Assembly: GCF_018350175.1 (NCBI RefSeq)
Contig: NC_058373.1
Coordinates: 110,176,001 to 110,240,000 of the forward strand
Direction of reading: 5' to 3'
DNA: 64,000 nucleotides
From: Felis catus
Lineage: Eukaryota
In this document: positions 24,654 to 37,619 of the stretch, in pieces
Numbering within the stretch: the first letter of the stretch is position 1
Layout of the letters: every line of letters starts with the position of its first letter
The notes under the pieces: model-generated
Database searches by the model: none
What the model was told of the DNA's origin: nothing
The model's input: the letters and a program-made list of their open reading frames with translations, nothing else
Translations under genes and position numbers: made by a program

Positions 24654-24791
24654 GCCATACTTAAAATGGAGGCATATCATGACCTTTTGAAGAGTACTGA
24701 GGCTTGGACAGAAAATACCAGCCGTTTGCTGGCTAATCCTGCTGACTATGACTCTTCAAAGATGCTGAGTCAGCACGCTAGCACCCTTCAG
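24654..24791 (+). CDS. SYNE2: Nesprin-2 coding exon (AILKMEAY...ASTLQ)
   Basis: tttcacag|GCC to CAG|gtaagt; 138 nt, phase 0-0. Confidence 0.93.
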
Positions 24792-25086
24792 GTAAGTGTT
24801 CTTTCATTTCTTCCTACGTATGGAAGCTACACAGTGACTGGTGGTATAGCTCCCCTTCGTGGTGCTGCCCCCCTGTTCTCCTGAAGAACAACTTTATCTT
24901 CAGTCATGCCAAATGGCAGAAGGAAGGTTGGGACAGTGGCAGGCTATAGACAGGGATTTTGGAGGCCAGGGTCTAGTTCTTTCTGTCCTGATAACTCCTA
25001 TATGACTTTCCGGATAATTTGTTGTTTTCCTCCATGGGCCTTGGTTTCCCCCCATCTGTGAAGTGAGGGTGTTGCAGTGAATAGGG

Positions 25087-25658
25087 ATGGTTTTGGTCAA
25101 TAGAATTCTAAGAAGGCTCCCAATATTCCTGCCCCTGGTGTACACAACCTATATAACACCCTCTCCTTGAGTGTGGGCAGGAATACGAGAGTATGTGATG
25201 AGATAGCCACTCTATTAACTAGGTTAGAGTATATGGCTAAGGTAATGGGATAGTCAATCCCATGAATACATGATTAATCATGTTTATAGATTATAAGACT
25301 CCCTAATAGCAGACTTGAGAGATTCTCCAGCTGGCTTGATGAAGTGAGCTGTGATATTAGGAGAGGCCCGTGGGGCTAGGACCCTTGGGCAGCCTTTAGA
25401 AGCAGAGCGTGACCCCCCAGCCAACAGCCAGCAGGAAGACTGGCTGAATTCTCCCAACAACCTAAATGAACTTGGAAGAGAAACTGTGCTCCAGATGGCA
25501 CCTTAATAGTAGGCTTGTGATGGCCTTGTAATAGCCAAGGACCTTCCTAAGCTATGCCTGTACTCTGGAGCCATGAAAACTACGAGACAATCAATTTGTT
25601 TTATTTTAAGCTGCGAAGTTTGTGGTAATTAGTTGCACAGCATTACAAAACGAGTCCG
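25087..25658 (+). mobile_element. MLT1-type MaLR LTR
   Basis: Start 'agaattctaagaaggctcccaatattcctgcccctggtgtacac...ccttgagtgtgggcagga' and end 'ttttaagctgcgaagtttgtggtaattagttgcacagca'. Confidence 0.8.
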
Positions 25659-26184
25659 TAGTTCCTTCTAGTTCAAGCATGCCATGTTGCCAAATGCCCT
25701 GTCCATTTTGGTGCCTGATGTCTCCATGCTAGCTTGCAAAGACAAAACAAATGAGAGTATTTTCCTACCCAGGGCCATGACTGCAAGAGATCTTCCAGAT
25801 GCCAAGTATTGGCTTAAGTTTTATTGTGAAGGCATATTTTCTTCTCTCATATTATTTAAACCACAAGAAGGAATCTCTTAGGAAAAGGTTTATTCTACAA
25901 CAGTTCTTCGAGTAATCAGACCTCAACGTTGATCCAGCTCCTTTATATCTTTAGAATAGCACAGTGTATTCCCAAGTAGACAGCTTACTTTATACCTCCC
26001 AGATGTTTGAGATTTGTTGGCACATCTCCCCCCATGGTAACAGTTGTAACGATGCTGCCTTTCACCCATTTGTTTCTTTTCTTCCCCTTGCCTGTGATTT
26101 CTGCCCCCAGCTCTCGGGTTGGCTTTCCACATCCCTATAGCCTGTCCTTTATTTTATTTTATTAATGAAATTTCTTTGCTTATA

Positions 26185-26587
26185 AAATGTTTTATTTATT
26201 TATTTATTTTGAGAGAGAGGCAGAGGAGAGGGAGAGAGAATCCCAAGCATACTCTACACTTTAAACTAGAGCCCAGTGTGGGGCTCCGTCTCACAAACCA
26301 TGAGATCATGACCTGAGCTGAGATCAAGAGTTGGACGCTTAACCAACTGAGCCACCCGGGCACCCCTGTCCTCTTTTATTTAAGAAAAATTTTTTTAATG
26401 TTTATTCATTTTTGAGAGAGAGAATGTGAGCAGGGGAGGGGCAGAGAGAGAGGGAGACACAGAATCCGAAGCAGGCTCCAGGCTCTGAGCTGTCAGCACA
26501 GAGCCCGATGCGGGGCTCAAACCCACGGACCACGAGATCATGACCTGAGCCAAAGCTGGATGCTTAACTGAGCCACCCAGGTGCCCC
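26185..26587 (-). mobile_element. Two tandem minus-strand CAN-SINEs
   Basis: Two bodies separated by a repeated 'ctgtcctcttttattt'-like target. Confidence 0.88.
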
Positions 26588-27189
26588 TGTCGTCTTTTAT
26601 TTTAAATTGCCTGTATTTTCCACCAGTTGCAAGGAGTTTGCAAAGACAGAAGAGAGGAATGATACTCTTTTCCTCAAATGCTTGTTATGAGTTTAAAACA
26701 AATTTACAAGAGTGAGTTCAGGCAAAAGCATCTCTAATTTTGCTGTCTTCTACTGACCCAAATGTGACGTGTGAAAGAATCTTAGTCATGAGGACATTCT
26801 AATTTGCTGGCCTTAGTGTATGAACTAGAACTTAGTCTAACTCTACTTTCTGAGCTAGAGGAAGTAGGCACAAGAGAAGGCTGATTTACTGTAGAAGGTA
26901 TCCTCATAAATCCTCCAATGGGAAGTAAGTCTCAAACAACTAGTCATATGTGAATATCTCATTTTGTCCCTGTTTTGAAAATAGTTGTTCTACTTTTAAG
27001 ATACCCTTTTCTACTTTTTTAGCATTACCAGGCATTGATATTTAAAAATGTCTCTTAAAGAAGTATCAAAACTCCCAACTAAGCTTCTACCCGGATTGTA
27101 TTTGTTAAAATCTTTTTGTAACCCAAAGATGATTCCAGAAATACTGCTGTTGTAGTTAAGAATTATTGAAACATAAATTTTCTTTGTAA

Positions 27190-29352
27190 AAATAGACAAA
27201 TTGTTTTTTTACTCAATTTCATTGAGGTATAATTTACATATAGTAAAATACACACATAATATATGCATATATATATTTTTTTACTGTTTATTTTATTTTT
27301 GAGAGAGAGCGCAGGGGAGCAGTAGAGAGAGGGAGAGAGAGAGTCCCAAGCTGGCTCTTCAGTGTCTGCACAGAGCCTGATGCAGGGCTTGAACTCATGA
27401 ACCCATAAGATCATGACCTGAGCTGAAATCAAGGGTCGGATGCTTAACCAACTGAGCCACCTAGGCGCCCCATGTGTGTTTTTTTTTTGTTGTTGTTTTT
27501 TTAATTTTTTTAACGTTTATTTATTTTTGAGACAGAGAGAGACAGAGCATGAATGGGGGAGGGTCAAAGAGAGGGAGACACAGAATCTGAAACAGGCTGC
27601 AGGCTCTGAGCTGTCAGCACAGAGCCCGACACGGGGCTCGAACTCACGGACCGCGAGATCATGACCTGAGCCGAAGTCGGACGCTTAACTGACTGAGCCA
27701 CCCAGGCGCCCCCCCCATGTGTTTTTTAATAAGCTCTACGCCCAACGTGGGGCTTGAAATCATGACCCCACAGTCAAGAGTTGCATGCTCTACTGGGGCG
27801 CCTTGGTGGCTCAGGTTATGCTCCCAGGGGCATGGGATCAAGCCCTACCTTGGCCTTTGAATTGAATGTGGAGCCTGCTTAAGAATTCTCTCTCTCCCTT
27901 TGCCCCTCTGCCCTGCTTATATGTGCTCGCTCTCTCTCTAAAATAGAATAAAATAAGATTACATTTGACATGACATGACATGACATGACATGACATGACA
28001 TGACATGACATTACAAAGAGTTGCCTGCTCTACCAACTGAACCAGCCAGGTGCCCCCAGATACGTCTATTTTAAGTGTGCAACTGATGAGTTTTGATAAA
28101 GGGATACAATTGTGTAACAACCACCACCACCGTCAATATAAAGCACATCTCCATCACCTCAGAGCTTCCTCTGCCTCTTTCCACAATGTCCTGTAAAGAG
28201 AATCGTATAGTATACAGCCTTTTTTACCTGACTTACTTGGCGTAATGTTTTCAAGATTCATCCAGATTGTTAATGTTTATAGATCATTCTTTTGATTGTT
28301 GAGTAGTGTTCCATTTGTGGAAATATGCAACATGTTTATCCCTTCACCAGTTAATGGACATTGGCTTATTTCAAGTTTTGGACTATGCTAGGTTAGCAGC
28401 TTAAAACAACAGACATTTATTATCTCAGTTTCTGTGGGTCAGGAATTCAGGCGCGACTTAGCTGAGTGCCTCTGGCTCAAGGTCTCTTGTAAGAATGCAG
28501 TCACGCCTCGCTGTGGGTGAGGGAGAAGACAGGATGCACTTCCAAGGTCATTCACTTGGCTATTGGCAGGCCTCAGAAAATCTATTTCTATATACAGACC
28601 TGTGGCCCTCCCCCACAAAACTGCCTCATGGCCTGGTAGCTGACTTTCCTCACCATGAGCAATCTAAAAAAGAGAGCCCCCAAGACAGAAACAGTCTTTT
28701 TATAACCTAATCTTGGAAGTGACATCTCAGTAAGGAATCAGTAGAGCCAGTAGTAAATCAGCAAGTAAATTAGTAAGCCCAACCTACATTTCAAAGGAGT
28801 TGATTATAAGGGCCTGAGTATCAGGAGGTGGCGATCAGGGGGTCTTACAGGCTACTCTAAGCAGAGATGTGAATGGTCATATACAAATCTTTGCGTGGAT
28901 GTATATCTTCATTTCATTTCATTTGGTAGATGTCTAGGAGTATGATTGTTGGCTTTTATGGTAGGTCTTTAAATGGATAAGAAATGGTCACATTGTTTTC
29001 CAAAATGGCTAAACTCCCATTTTTCAGTCCAACTGGCCATATGAGTTCTAATGGCTCCATATTCTCACCTGCACTCGATATCATCTTGTAAATTTTAGCC
29101 ATTCCAGTGACATGTAGTGGTATCTTATTGTGGTTTAAATGGCCTTTCTTGGGGCGCCTGGGTGGCTCAGTCGGTTAAGCGTCCGACTTCGGCTCAGGTC
29201 ATGATCTCACGGTCCTTGAGTTCGAGCCCCGCGTCGGGCTCTGTGCTGACAGCTCAGAGCCTGGAGCCTGTTTCGGATTCTGTGTCTCCCTCTCTCTCTC
29301 TGACGCTCCCCTGTTCATGCTCTGTCTCTCTCTGTCTCAAAAATAAATAAAC

Positions 29353-29389
<37 letters not shown>

Positions 29390-30620
29390 ATGGCCTTTCT
29401 TTATGACTAATAATTTATTTATTTGAACATTTACTTATGTGTTTGTCATTTGTATGCTTCCTTTGTGAAATGTCTATTGAAGTTTTTAATTGGGTTGTCT
29501 TTCTATTATTGAATTGTAAGTATTATTTATAAAATGTTCTAAAAGCAGTCCTTTAACACATATATGATTTACACATATTCTCTCCATCTGTGGCTTTTCA
29601 TTCTCCCAATATTGTCTTTCAGAGAGCAAATGTTGGTAATTTGATGGAATCCAATTTTTAATATTTTTCTTTCATGGGTTATCCTTTTGTGTTGTATATA
29701 AGAAATCTTTACCTAACCCAGGGCTACGATGGTCTCCTGTCTTTTCTTCTAGAAATTGTATAGTTTTAATTCTTTTCTATTTTTATTTTTTTAATGTTTA
29801 TTTATTTTTGAGAGAGAGACAGAGTGTGAGCAGGGAGCAGGCAGAGAGAGAGAGGGAGACACAGAATCGGAAGCAGGCTTCAGGCTCTGAGTTGTCAGCG
29901 CAGAGCCCAATGTGGGGCTCGAACTCACAAATCGTGAGATCGTGACCTGAGCTGAAGTCGGTGGCTTAACCGACTGAGCCACCCAGGCGCCCCTGTATAG
30001 TTTTAATTCTTACTTTTAGGTCCTCAATCCATTTCAAGTTTGTTTTTGTACGTTGTATGAAGGTTCACTTTTTTCTGTGGGGATATCTGAGTGTTCCCAC
30101 ACCATTTGGTGAAAAGACTCACCAATGAATTACTTTGGTGCCTTATTTAAAATCAGTTGCCATGTTGTAGATGTGGGTCTATTTCTAGACTCTCTGTTTC
30201 TTTCTGCTGATCTATGTGTCTGTTCTTTCACTGATGTGACCCAGTCTGGATTACTGTAGCCGTATAGTAAGTCTTGAAATCAGGTAGCATAATTTCTACA
30301 GCTAGTTCTTTTTCAAATTTCTTTTGACTAATCTGGGTCTTTTGCAACTCAGCGTAAGTTTTGGCATCAGCTTGTCAATATACAGAGGACTGTTGGAATT
30401 TTGAGTGGATTGCATTAAATCTGTAGATCAGTTTGGCGAGAACTGACATCTTAACCGTATTGACTGTTCCAATCCAGCAACACGACAGATCTCTTTATTT
30501 TGGTCCTTTTTCATTTCTCTCAGTGGTGTTTCATAATCTTTAGTGTATAGGTCTTACATGTAAATTGTTGAATTTATCCCTAAGTATTTTATATTTTTGA
30601 TGCTATTGTAAAATGGTATT
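27190..30620 (-). mobile_element. Fragmented old L1 (antisense) interrupted by at least six SINEs and an MLT1-like LTR (about 28395-28850)
   Basis: L1M 3' motifs 'attgaggtataatttacata', 'ttttcttctagaaattgtatagtttta' and 'gattactgtagccgtatagtaagtcttgaaatcagg' resume across the insertions; SINEs at about 27275-27470, 27480-27713, 27720-28058 (split), 27795-27960, 29151-29390, 29780-29993. Confidence 0.8.
27966..28010 (+). repeat. (TGACA)9 pentanucleotide microsatellite
   Basis: Directly visible perfect tandem array in a SINE tail. Confidence 0.95.
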
Positions 30621-31407
30621 ATTGGTTAAAAAAAAAAAACCAAAAAGCATTGGTTTTAAATTTTGTTTTCCATAAAGTTTTCTCCTTCTAGGATTTCAAA
30701 TAAGGACAACATAAAATTCTGAATAACCTAAAAAATTTTAGAGACCAGAATTCTAATTGAATTAAGTAAATGTTCTTTCTCATGCCATATTATGTTTTAT
30801 GGAATCACCTGAAGACTACGCTAGGTTAAACATTTCCAGTTGGTGGCTGAGATATCTTGAAATCTTAAGTTTGAAAGTTAGTTAATACATTATCATTGTT
30901 AAAAGAAGAAAGAAAAAAATTATAAGGAAGAATGTCTACGAAACTGTAAAAATGGATGTTTTTCTCTTTCATTTGGTTTTATCAGATAGAGTCCCTTTGG
31001 TGTCAGGTTATTCAGGTCAACTCAAACCGTAGGGATGCCTCATGGAAGTCGGTGGCATCATGTGGTAAGGCCATGTGAGGACATCGGCACGAGGACATTG
31101 GCACCAGGATTGCCTCTTCATTCCCAATCCTCACTTCGTGTACCTCTTTCTCTCGAATTCACATTCCCAAAGTTACAAGTCCAGCCAATTAGAGAGAGCC
31201 TGAATGGCTTTCTTGGCCCGGATTTCAGATGACAGAGGGATGGACCGCAGGTCAGGTGTTCCTGGTTCTTTTATTGATGGCTGGAGGAGCAGGGTTGCAT
31301 GGTATATAATAGCTGCTGGGAGCCCACCAAAATGGGGTAGACACTCCAAAGTCACCCAATGCTGTTTATAATATAGTGTTTAGTATTTTATTATGATTAA
31401 AGTGGGG

Positions 31408-31515
31408 TTTTTTTTGAGAGCAAGAGTGTGAGCAGGAGAAGGGCAGAGGGGGAGAGAGAGGGGTGGGGCAGAGAGAGACGAGAGAGACGAGAGAGACGAG
31501 AGAGACGAGAGAGAC

Positions 31516-31570
<55 letters not shown>

Positions 31571-31674
31571 CTCAAGCAGGTTCCATGCCCAGTGTGGAGC
31601 CTGATCTCACAACCTTGAGATCATGACCTGAGCCCAAATCAAGAGTCCGATGCTTAACTGACTGAACCACCCCC
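31408..31674 (-). mobile_element. CAN-SINE with an expanded compound (GA)n/(GAGAGAGAC)n tract
   Basis: SINE body with a tract of about 100 nt at 31470-31568. Confidence 0.85.
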
Positions 31675-31963
31675 ATGTCTTATTATGAAATGAAATGAAT
31701 AGGAGTTTGAAATGCTGAGGCAGTTTTAAAATTCTCGGATTTAAAATTTTCTTACTAAAGTGCAACTGACACACATTATAAGAGTTTCAGGTGTGCAGTG
31801 AAATGATTTGATATTTGCATGTATTGCAAAATGATCACCACAGTAAGTCTAGTTAATACGCCACACTATATACAGTTAGAAAACTTTCTCCAATTTCGGT
31901 ATTAATCAACCTCTTTTAGTATCTTGATGTTCTGTCTCTTTTTTCCTTGTTTTCCATTGGTAG

Positions 31964-32149
31964 ATGGCTTTGGAAGATTCAGAACAGAAACACAATCTTT
32001 TACATTCAGTGTTCACGGATCTAGAAGACTTGTCAATAATTTTTGAAACTGATGATTTAGCACAATCTGTACAAGAGTTAAGTCGTCAAGTGGCAGCTTT
32101 ACAACAAAAAATCATGGAGAGCCTTCCACAGATTCAACGGATGGCTGAT
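31964..32149 (+). CDS. SYNE2: Nesprin-2 coding exon (MALEDSEQKHNLL...QRMAD)
   Basis: Pyrimidine tract then gtag|ATG; donor GAT|gtaagt; 186 nt, phase 0-0. Confidence 0.94.
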
Positions 32150-32308
32150 GTAAGTTGACACTACAAAGATGTGATTTCTTATTGTTAATTTATATTTCAT
32201 TCAGAAAATTAGAGTTATACCACTAATCAACTCTTAACTATATGAAGACATACTGATCTGGTACATATTTCACTTATGTTCTTATTTCTTGAATTATATT
32301 TTACTTTA

Positions 32309-33739
32309 ATTTTTTTAAGTTTATTTATTTTGAGAGAGAGAGAGTGTGTGAGTGGGGCAGGGGCAGAGAAAGAGGGAGACAGAGAATCCCAAGCAGGCTC
32401 CACGCTGTCAGCACAGAGCCCGACTTAGGGCTTGAATTCACCAACAGTGAGATCAGGACCTGAGCCAAAACCAAGAGTTGGATGCTTAACAGACTGAGCC
32501 ACCCAGGGGCCCCAATTTTACTTTAATTTGCAACTTTTATTGTGTAGTGCATATCCCCATTTTTGGTCCAGAAGTGGTCTATTTAAAGGAAAGAATCCTC
32601 ATCAAGTAAGCTCACTGTTTTCTCTTTGTCAGAGAAACGATAATTGTTGATATAAACACACAAATTAGCAAAGTGGGACTTGAACAGATAACCTCCCAAG
32701 TCTTCATTGACCAATAACAAATATTTGCTGAGGGGCTGCTGTATGGCAGGCACCAGATTTTGAAATAATTTTATTTATTTCCACTTGAAACGTGTGAGGC
32801 ATTTATTTAAGGATCAAGTCATATAGCAAAGGCAGGTACAATTAATTATTTACTTTTTGTTTCTGTTACATTGCCTATGCCACATTTATGTAACATCAGG
32901 ATAATGATTGCTAAACATTCTTGGTTATTGAAGCTTATTCCAAGGTTTTTAAATGCTTCTATAACTTTTGATAGAAATTACCCTAAGAGATAGGGTTTAT
33001 TTTCTTATACCCTTTTCAATATAAGATGCAAAAAATAATTTCAATATAATTTAACTTTTCTTTGTAACTTGAAGATATCACTAGGAAGTTGCTGTATTCA
33101 TTACTTCATTTGCTTGTAAAGTTACGCTTATCTGATATTAAATGGCTCCAGACTGTTTTAATTTGAAACCCTCAGTCTATTTCGTTTTTACTTTTTAAGT
33201 TCTACTTATTTTTGAGAGAGAGCGAGAGAGTGCATGTACGTGCGTGCACCCAAGCAGGGGAGGGGCAGAGAGAGAGGGAGACAGACAATCCCTAACAGGC
33301 TCCTGGCTATGAACGCAGAGCCCATCGCCGGGGCTTGAGCTCATAAACCATGAGATCGTGACCTGAGCTGAAATCAAGAGTTGGACCAACTGAACCACTG
33401 AGGTGCCCCTGAAACCCTCAGTCTATTCCCGTGTAGTTTCCTATCCCCTTCATTATGAGCTGTACCTTTTGGTTGTTACAGTGTGTCTGCATTTAGCTCT
33501 CTTTAAGTAAAGGTCTAAAGGCCTTCTTACAGGGGCGCCTGGGTGGCGCAGTCGGTTAAGCGTCCGACTTCAGCCAGGTCACGATCTCGTGGTCCGTGAG
33601 TTCGAGCCCCGCGTCGGGCTCTGGGCTGATGGCTCAGAGCCTGGAGCCTGTTTCCGATTCTGTGTCTCCCTCTCTCTCTGCCCCTCCCCCGTTCATGCTC
33701 TGTCTCTCTCTGTCCCAAAAATAAATAAACGTTAAAAAA

Positions 33740-33786
<47 letters not shown>

Positions 33787-34575
33787 AATAAAGGCCTTCT
33801 TACAGTGCAAGTGGATTTCAATATGTAGGGTTTGTAGCATGTACTCATGCATTTATGGTTTTGTATCACGTGTTCTTCCATATGTAGGTTTATTACACAT
33901 GCTGCAACCTTTTCACTGTTCTAGGTTCTTGGCCAAGTCCTAGAGGTTGACACTGATGAGAGAATAACCACCAGACAAATGATCTGTTTGTTTAAATTAA
34001 TATGAGTATGTTATAAAGTTAATTTGGTGACTCTGCATGACAATAGTTCATTAGGGGATTGGCAAGAAAATCCTGTCAATTTTTCCAGCTTCTTTTGTGT
34101 TCGTTTTCCAAGGGTGACTTTGTCATTTTACTTGAAGTGGTAGAAATTTTTAAATTGTAGACCCACTTGTATTCAAGTGTTGAAACACTTTCCAAAGATA
34201 AATCTAAAGAGTTCATAGATATTGAGAATTAAAAATTGAAGGGGCGCCTGGGTGGCTCAGCGGGTTGAGTGACCGACTGACTTCGGCTCAGGTCATGATC
34301 TCCATGGTTTGTGAGTTCGAGCCCCACGTCGGGCTCTGTGCTGACAGCTCAGAGCCTAGAGCCTGCTTCGGATTCTGTGTCTCCCTCTCTCTCTGCCCCT
34401 CCCCGACTCATGCTCTGTCTCAGAAATAAATAAACATTAAAAAAAAATTTTTTTTAAATTGATTCATGGGTGCCTGGCTGGCTCAGTCAGAAATGTGTGC
34501 AACTCTTGATTTTGGGGTCATGAGTTTGAGCCCCACATTGACCATAGAGATTACTAAAAAAATAAACTTAATAAA
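32309..34575. mobile_element. SINE cluster: minus 32309-32513, minus 33190-33409, plus 33532-33788, plus 34241-34447, plus 34468-34575
   Basis: Individual heads and tails; exact TSD taaaggccttcttaca and a (TAAA)n tail for the 33532 copy. Confidence 0.88.
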
Positions 34576-34759
34576 ATTTATTCAAATGCATAATACTTTT
34601 GTTCTCATAGTTTAAGAAATTGAAAGTTGGCCTTATGAGGAGTTTTAACTCAGCAAGGTATAAGCAGTGCTTTGTAGTGTGGTATGCTAATAAAGGAATG
34701 ACTTTTTTATTGAAAGCAGTTAACATCTACATACACTTTGTTAGGCTTTTTTTTTTTTT

Positions 34760-36930
34760 TTAATTCTAATACAGTTAACATATAGTGTCATATTAGTTTC
34801 AGGTGTACAATAGAGTGATTCAACAGTTCTGTACATTCCTCAGTGCTCATCACAATGAGTATACTCTAAATCTCTATCACATATTTCACCTATCCCTCTG
34901 CCCACCTTTTCTCTGGTAACCATCAGTTTGTTCTCTATACTTAAGAGGCTGTTTCTTGGTTTGTCTCTTTTTTTCCTTGTTCATTTGTTTTGTACCATAC
35001 CTTGTTCATATGGTATTTTCTTTCTCTGACTGGCTGATTTCACTTGGCATTGTGTGATCCATGCATGTGGTTGCAAATGGCAAGTTTTCATTCTTTTTTA
35101 AATTTTTTTTTTTCAACGTTTATTTATTTTTGGGACAGAGAGAGACAGAGCATGAACGGGGGAGGGGCAGAGAGAGAGGGAGACACAGAATCGGAAACAG
35201 GCTCCAGGCTCTGAGCCATCAGCCCAGAGCCTGACGCGGGGCTCAAACTCACAGACCGCGAGATCGTGACCTGGCTGAAGTCAGACGCTTAACCGACTGC
35301 GCCACCCAGGCGCCCCAAGTTTTCATTCTTTTTAATGGTTGAGTAATACTCCATTGTATATATACCACATCTTCTTTATGCGTTCATCTATCCATGGGCA
35401 CTTGGGTTGTTTCCATAATTTGGCTATTGTAAATAATGCTCCAATAAATATAGGAGTGCTATATCTTTTAAATTCGTGTTTTTGTATTTGTTACTGGTTA
35501 TGGAATTACAGGATCATATGGTAATTCTATTTTTAATTTTTTGAGGAACCTCTACGGTTTTCCACAGCGGCTGCACCAGTTTGCATTCCCACCGGTTTGC
35601 ACAAGGATTCTTTTCTCTCCACAGCCTCACCAACACTTGTTGTGTCTTGTGTTTTTTATTTCAGCCATTCTGACAGGTGTGAGGTGATATCTCTTTGTGG
35701 TTTTGATTTGTATTTCCCTGATGATGAGTGATGTTGAGCATCTTTTCATGTGTCTGTTGGCCATCTGGATGCCTTCTTTGGAGAAATGGCTGTTCACATC
35801 TTCTGCCCATTTTTATTTTATTTTAAATATTTTTTTTTATTTATAATAAATAATTTTTTTTTTAATTTTTTTTTCAACGTTTTTTATTTATTTTTGGGAC
35901 AGAGAGAGACAGAGCATGAACGGGGGAGGGGCAGAGAGAGAGGGAGACACAGAATCGGAAACAGGCTCCAGGCTCTGAGCCATCAGCCCAGAGCCTGACG
36001 CGGGGCTCGAACTCACGGACCGCGAGATCGTGACCTGGCTGAAGTCGGACGCTTAACCGACTGCGCCACCCAGGCGCCCCAATAATTTATTTTTTAAGAG
36101 AGTGAGAGCATGTGTGCATGCACACACACGGGGGGAGGGGCAGAGAGTGGAGGGGCAAGAGGATCCTAAGCAGGTTCAGAGCTGACAGCGGGAGCTCAAA
36201 CTCATGAACCATGGGATCAGGGCCTGAGCCAAAATCAAGAGTTGCCGCTTAACGAGCTCAGCCACCCAGGCACCACCCCTGCTCATTTTTAAATTGGATT
36301 ATTGGTTTTTGTGTGTGTTGAGTTGTAATTTTGGGTACTAATCTTGTATTGGATATGTCATTCGCAAGTATCTTCTCCCATTCAATAGGTTGTCTTTTAG
36401 TTTTGTTGATTGTTTCTTTTGCTGTGCAGAAGCTTTTTATTTTGACATAGATGCAGTAGTTTATTTTTGCTTTTGTTTCCCTTGTCTTAGGAGTCATATC
36501 TAGAAAGATATTGTAAAGGCTGATGCCAAAGTGGTTGCTGCCTATGTTCTCGTCTAGGACTTTTATGGTTTCAGGTCTCATATTTAGGTCTTTAATGTAT
36601 TTTGAATTTATTTTTGTGTATGGTGTAAGAAAGTGATTCAGTTTCAGGGCGCCTGAGTGGCTCAGCCGATTAAGCGTCCAACTCTTGATTCTTGATTTCG
36701 GCTCAGATCATCATTTCATGGTTTGGGAGATCGAGCCGCACATTGGCTGCACGAACAGCATGGATTCTGCTTAGGATTCTCTCCCCTCCTCCTTCTCCTC
36801 TTCTGCCTCTCCCTTGCTGCTCTCGCTCTCTTTCTAAAAGAAAAAAAAAAGAAAAAAAAAGAAAGTGGTCCAGTTTCATTCTTTGTATGTAGCTGTCCGG
36901 TATCTTCAACATCATTTGTTGAAGATACAC
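34760..36930 (-). mobile_element. Antisense L1 (ORF2 3' part and UTR) with nested SINEs at about 35100-35316, 35852-36080, 36081-36279, 36647-36864
   Basis: Minus-strand peptide 'RPETIKVLDENIG...KIKSFCTAKETINKTKRQPIEWEKILAN' is L1 ORF2. Confidence 0.92.
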
Positions 36931-37209
36931 TTGGTTATTTTTTTTTATTTTTATTTTTTTATTTTTATTTGTTTAAGTAATCTCTACACCCCATGTGGGG
37001 CTCAAACTCACAACCCTGAGATCAAGAGTTGCGTGCTCTTCCAGCTGAAACAGCCAGGTGCCTCTCACTTGGTTAATTTTTAAGAGGTGTACGTGGCAAA
37101 CATTTTTGCCTAAATTGGAGAACAGAATACGAGGCAATAAATTGTGTTTTATAGGTTATTAACATACAATATATACTACATGAATGTTTTCTTGTTCCTG
37201 AAATTCTAG

Positions 37210-37332
37210 GATGTGGTTGCTATTGAAACTGAAGTAAAATCAATGGACAAAAAGGTTTCAAAAATCAAAGCTATCCTCTTATCCAAAGAAATATTTGATT
37301 TTTCGCCTGAAGAACATCTTAAGCATGGGGAG
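37210..37332 (+). CDS. SYNE2: Nesprin-2 coding exon (DVVAIETEVK...HLKHGE)
   Basis: ttctag|GAT to GAG|gtaagt; 123 nt, phase 0-0. Confidence 0.94.
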
Positions 37333-37407
37333 GTAAGTATGCATGGATCATTATTAGAAATATTCTCTCATAATACTTATTATGTTTATGCTTTAAACAT
37401 GTTTATT

Positions 37408-37619
37408 ATTTTTTTTTAAGTTTTATTTATTCTTGAGAGAGAGAGAGAAAGAAAGAGAATAGTGAGCATGAGTGGGAGAGGGGCAGAGCGAGAGGGAGAT
37501 ACAATCCGAAACAGGCTTCAGGTTCTGAGTTGTCAGCACAGAGCCTGACACGGGGCTTGAACTCATGAGCCGTGAGATCATGACCCAAGCCGAAGTCGGA
37601 TGCTTAACCCAGGTGCCCC
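37408..37619 (-). mobile_element. CAN-SINE about 75 bp downstream of the 37332 donor
   Basis: Minus-strand SINE body. Confidence 0.88.

Noticed and set aside
36258..36581. 107-aa ORF resembling a real protein
   Set aside because: Fragment of L1 ORF2 in a truncated, SINE-interrupted copy
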